DNA from: a virus
Taxonomy: Duplodnaviria > Caudoviricetes
Direction: 5' to 3' (one strand)
IMG/VR virus record: IMGVR_UViG_3300027672_000073
Span: 1-26,581 of that record
Length of the DNA stretch: 26,581 nt
Shown here: in pieces, positions 25,360 through 26,581 of the stretch
Layout: each line of letters starts with the position of its first letter
How positions within the stretch are numbered: the stretch's first letter is position 1
Program-made: the position numbers and the translations under genes
Notes under the pieces: generated by a model
What the model saw: the letters and a program-made list of their open reading frames with translations, nothing else
What the model was told of the DNA's origin: nothing
The model's database searches: none

Positions 25360-25603
25360 TTCTTTTTACTTTATTTTGTGTATTCAAATCTGTTTCATAA
25401 CTCAACCAAGTCAAACATTCTAAAAGGTTAAGCTTTGTTATTACTTCAAGTTTACTAATATCTTCACCACACAACCTGTGCATCACGCCAAACCAACCCC
25501 ACTTAGAAGCAAAGTTTTCTGTTGCTACGGCGTCTTCATTTCCTTCTGCCGCTCCATCAAAAATGATTGCAAAATCTGTGACAATACCTTGACGAAATGA
25601 TAA
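25352..25603 (-). CDS. -1 frame extension of the tail assembly chaperone (gpT-like part)
   Basis: 83 open codons after the U9 run: LSFRQGIVTDFAIIFDGAAEGNEDAVATENFASKWGWFGVMHRLCGEDISKLEVITKLNLLECLTWLSYETDLNTQNKVKRNG; stop overlaps the next ATG. Confidence 0.7.
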   Translation of the reverse strand, partial: LSFRQGIVTDFAIIFDGAAEGNEDAVATENFASKWGWFGVMHRLCGEDISKLEVITKLNLLECLTWLSYETDLNTQNKVKRNG

Positions 25604-26124
25604 AAAAAAACCATTGCACTTTGCACCTGTTCCGCTGACATCTGTTTCATTTCTTCTGCTCTGAGCCGAATGTTACCGTCATATGAGTCAATTACATATA
25701 TATCGTTCTTCTGTTCTTTGATCGGTCTGTAAAGCACCGACATCAATTGAGGCAGGTTTGATTCTAATCCATCTTTAATGAATTGCTCAATGTCTGCATA
25801 TTCACCTAATGTTATTTCTGAAAGGTCTGGGTGATATCCATATTTGATTCCGTTAATTTCAATAATCCTTTTTAGGTCAGTTCCTTGTTTTGCTTGAATT
25901 TCTCCAACCTTATTCATTATTGCTACAACATCAGCTAATGCTAATTCCTGAACCAACCGTTTAGGTATGTCTGTTAAAGTTCCAATAGTATGCGTTGCTT
26001 CTTCAGTCTTTGTACCCTCTTGAAATTCAATAAGTTTTAACCAAGATTCCAGAGTCACTTCTGACCAACTATTAATTAGATTAAATGATTCTGTTTTGCC
26101 TCCTTTTTTAATTTTAACTTTCAT
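25525..26124 (-). CDS. Putative tail assembly chaperone (gpG-like, zero frame)
   Basis: Two similar units (SWSEVTLESW and DLSEITLGEYADI); slippery GTT TTT TTT TAT near the 3' end. Confidence 0.65.
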   Translation of the reverse strand: MKVKIKKGGKTESFNLINSWSEVTLESWLKLIEFQEGTKTEEATHTIGTLTDIPKRLVQELALADVVAIMNKVGEIQAKQGTDLKRIIEINGIKYGYHPDLSEITLGEYADIEQFIKDGLESNLPQLMSVLYRPIKEQKNDIYVIDSYDGNIRLRAEEMKQMSAEQVQSAMVFFYHFVKVLSQILQSFLMERQKEMKTP

Positions 26125-26128
26125 ACAC

Positions 26129-26159
26129 TATATAATAGAAATTTATTGTTTTTAGTTTA
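26129..26159 (-). promoter_or_regulatory. Putative phage late promoter, copy D
   Basis: TAAA-N17-CTATTATATA-GTGT-ATG (variant upstream box, spacer 1 nt longer). Confidence 0.65.
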
Positions 26160-26579
26160 CTGAACAAAATACTTTCCTGCATTTGGATTGTCTAGGTGGT
26201 ATATAATGTTGTAACGAATACCATCAATTGCGTGGTTGTAGTTATCTACGTAAAGCTTAGAGCCTTTATCTGCATAGACATAGTTGTTTAACTCTTTAGC
26301 TATGTTCGTTGATTCAGGACTTACTATAAGCTGATAGTCTTGCATCCTAGTTATACCACTTTCAATCGTTCCTTTCTTAACTGCTTTAATGTTTACTCCT
26401 AAGTGCTTAAGGTCTGCTATTAGTCTAGGCTCTGCACTATCTGCTATAATTAGTTTACCCTCTACTTTATCTAACACTATCTTAGCTAACTCTTGACTCT
26501 TTAATCCATTACGATAGATATGTTCCTTTAAATATATCTTCTTATGTTTCTTATCTATTGCTACTTCAGTAAGTGAGTC
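26157..26579 (-). CDS. terL: Terminase large subunit, C-terminal nuclease domain (5' truncated)
   Basis: Frame is open to the window edge: DSLTEVAIDKKHKKIYLKEHIY...IIADSAEPRLI...ELNNYVY...DNYNHAIDGIRY, PBSX-type RNase H-like motifs. Confidence 0.92.
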   Translation of the reverse strand, partial: DSLTEVAIDKKHKKIYLKEHIYRNGLKSQELAKIVLDKVEGKLIIADSAEPRLIADLKHLGVNIKAVKKGTIESGITRMQDYQLIVSPESTNIAKELNNYVYADKGSKLYVDNYNHAIDGIRYNIIYHLDNPNAGKYFVQ

Positions 26580-26581
26580 AG

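Noticed and set aside
1-26581. Stop-codon reassignment, CRISPR array, diversity-generating retroelement, integrase, intron or intein
   Set aside because: Genes tile the minus strand in the standard code, with TAA, TAG and TGA all used as stops. I saw no repeat-spacer array, reverse transcriptase, recombinase or interrupted core gene in this window.

Overview
AT-rich fragment of a tailed dsDNA phage genome, probably a siphovirus. All credible genes are on the minus strand. A Bacteroidota (likely Flavobacteriia) host is inferred from TAnnTTTG promoters, A-rich start regions without a Shine-Dalgarno sequence, and DUF3127/DUF5675-like genes. In transcription order (right to left) the window holds: terminase large subunit 3' end; a tail-chaperone-like gene with a -1 frameshift signal; tail and baseplate genes; tape measure; XkdF-like prohead protease; scaffold; major capsid; tail tube; LamG-domain protein; multi-domain portal; head-tail adaptor; lysis cassette; metallophosphoesterase; a control region; then early genes (ERF, SSB-like, DnaA-domain-IV-like protein, replication initiator with internal iterons, NinG, sigma factor, DNA methyltransferase, NinB-like). 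The most notable signals are non-coding: (1) four copies of a bipartite promoter-like motif, candidate targets of the phage sigma factor, three of them almost abutting start codons; (2) a 12-bp-period array of DnaA-box-like repeats over the early promoter, in a phage that encodes a stand-alone DnaA DNA-binding domain; (3) a 51-nt three-way-junction RNA between two terminators; (4) a U9 slippery site plus stem-loop; (5) 23-bp-period palindromic iterons; (6) several small ORFs missed by the ORF track. All protein assignments come from motif recognition and gene context; no database searches were run.
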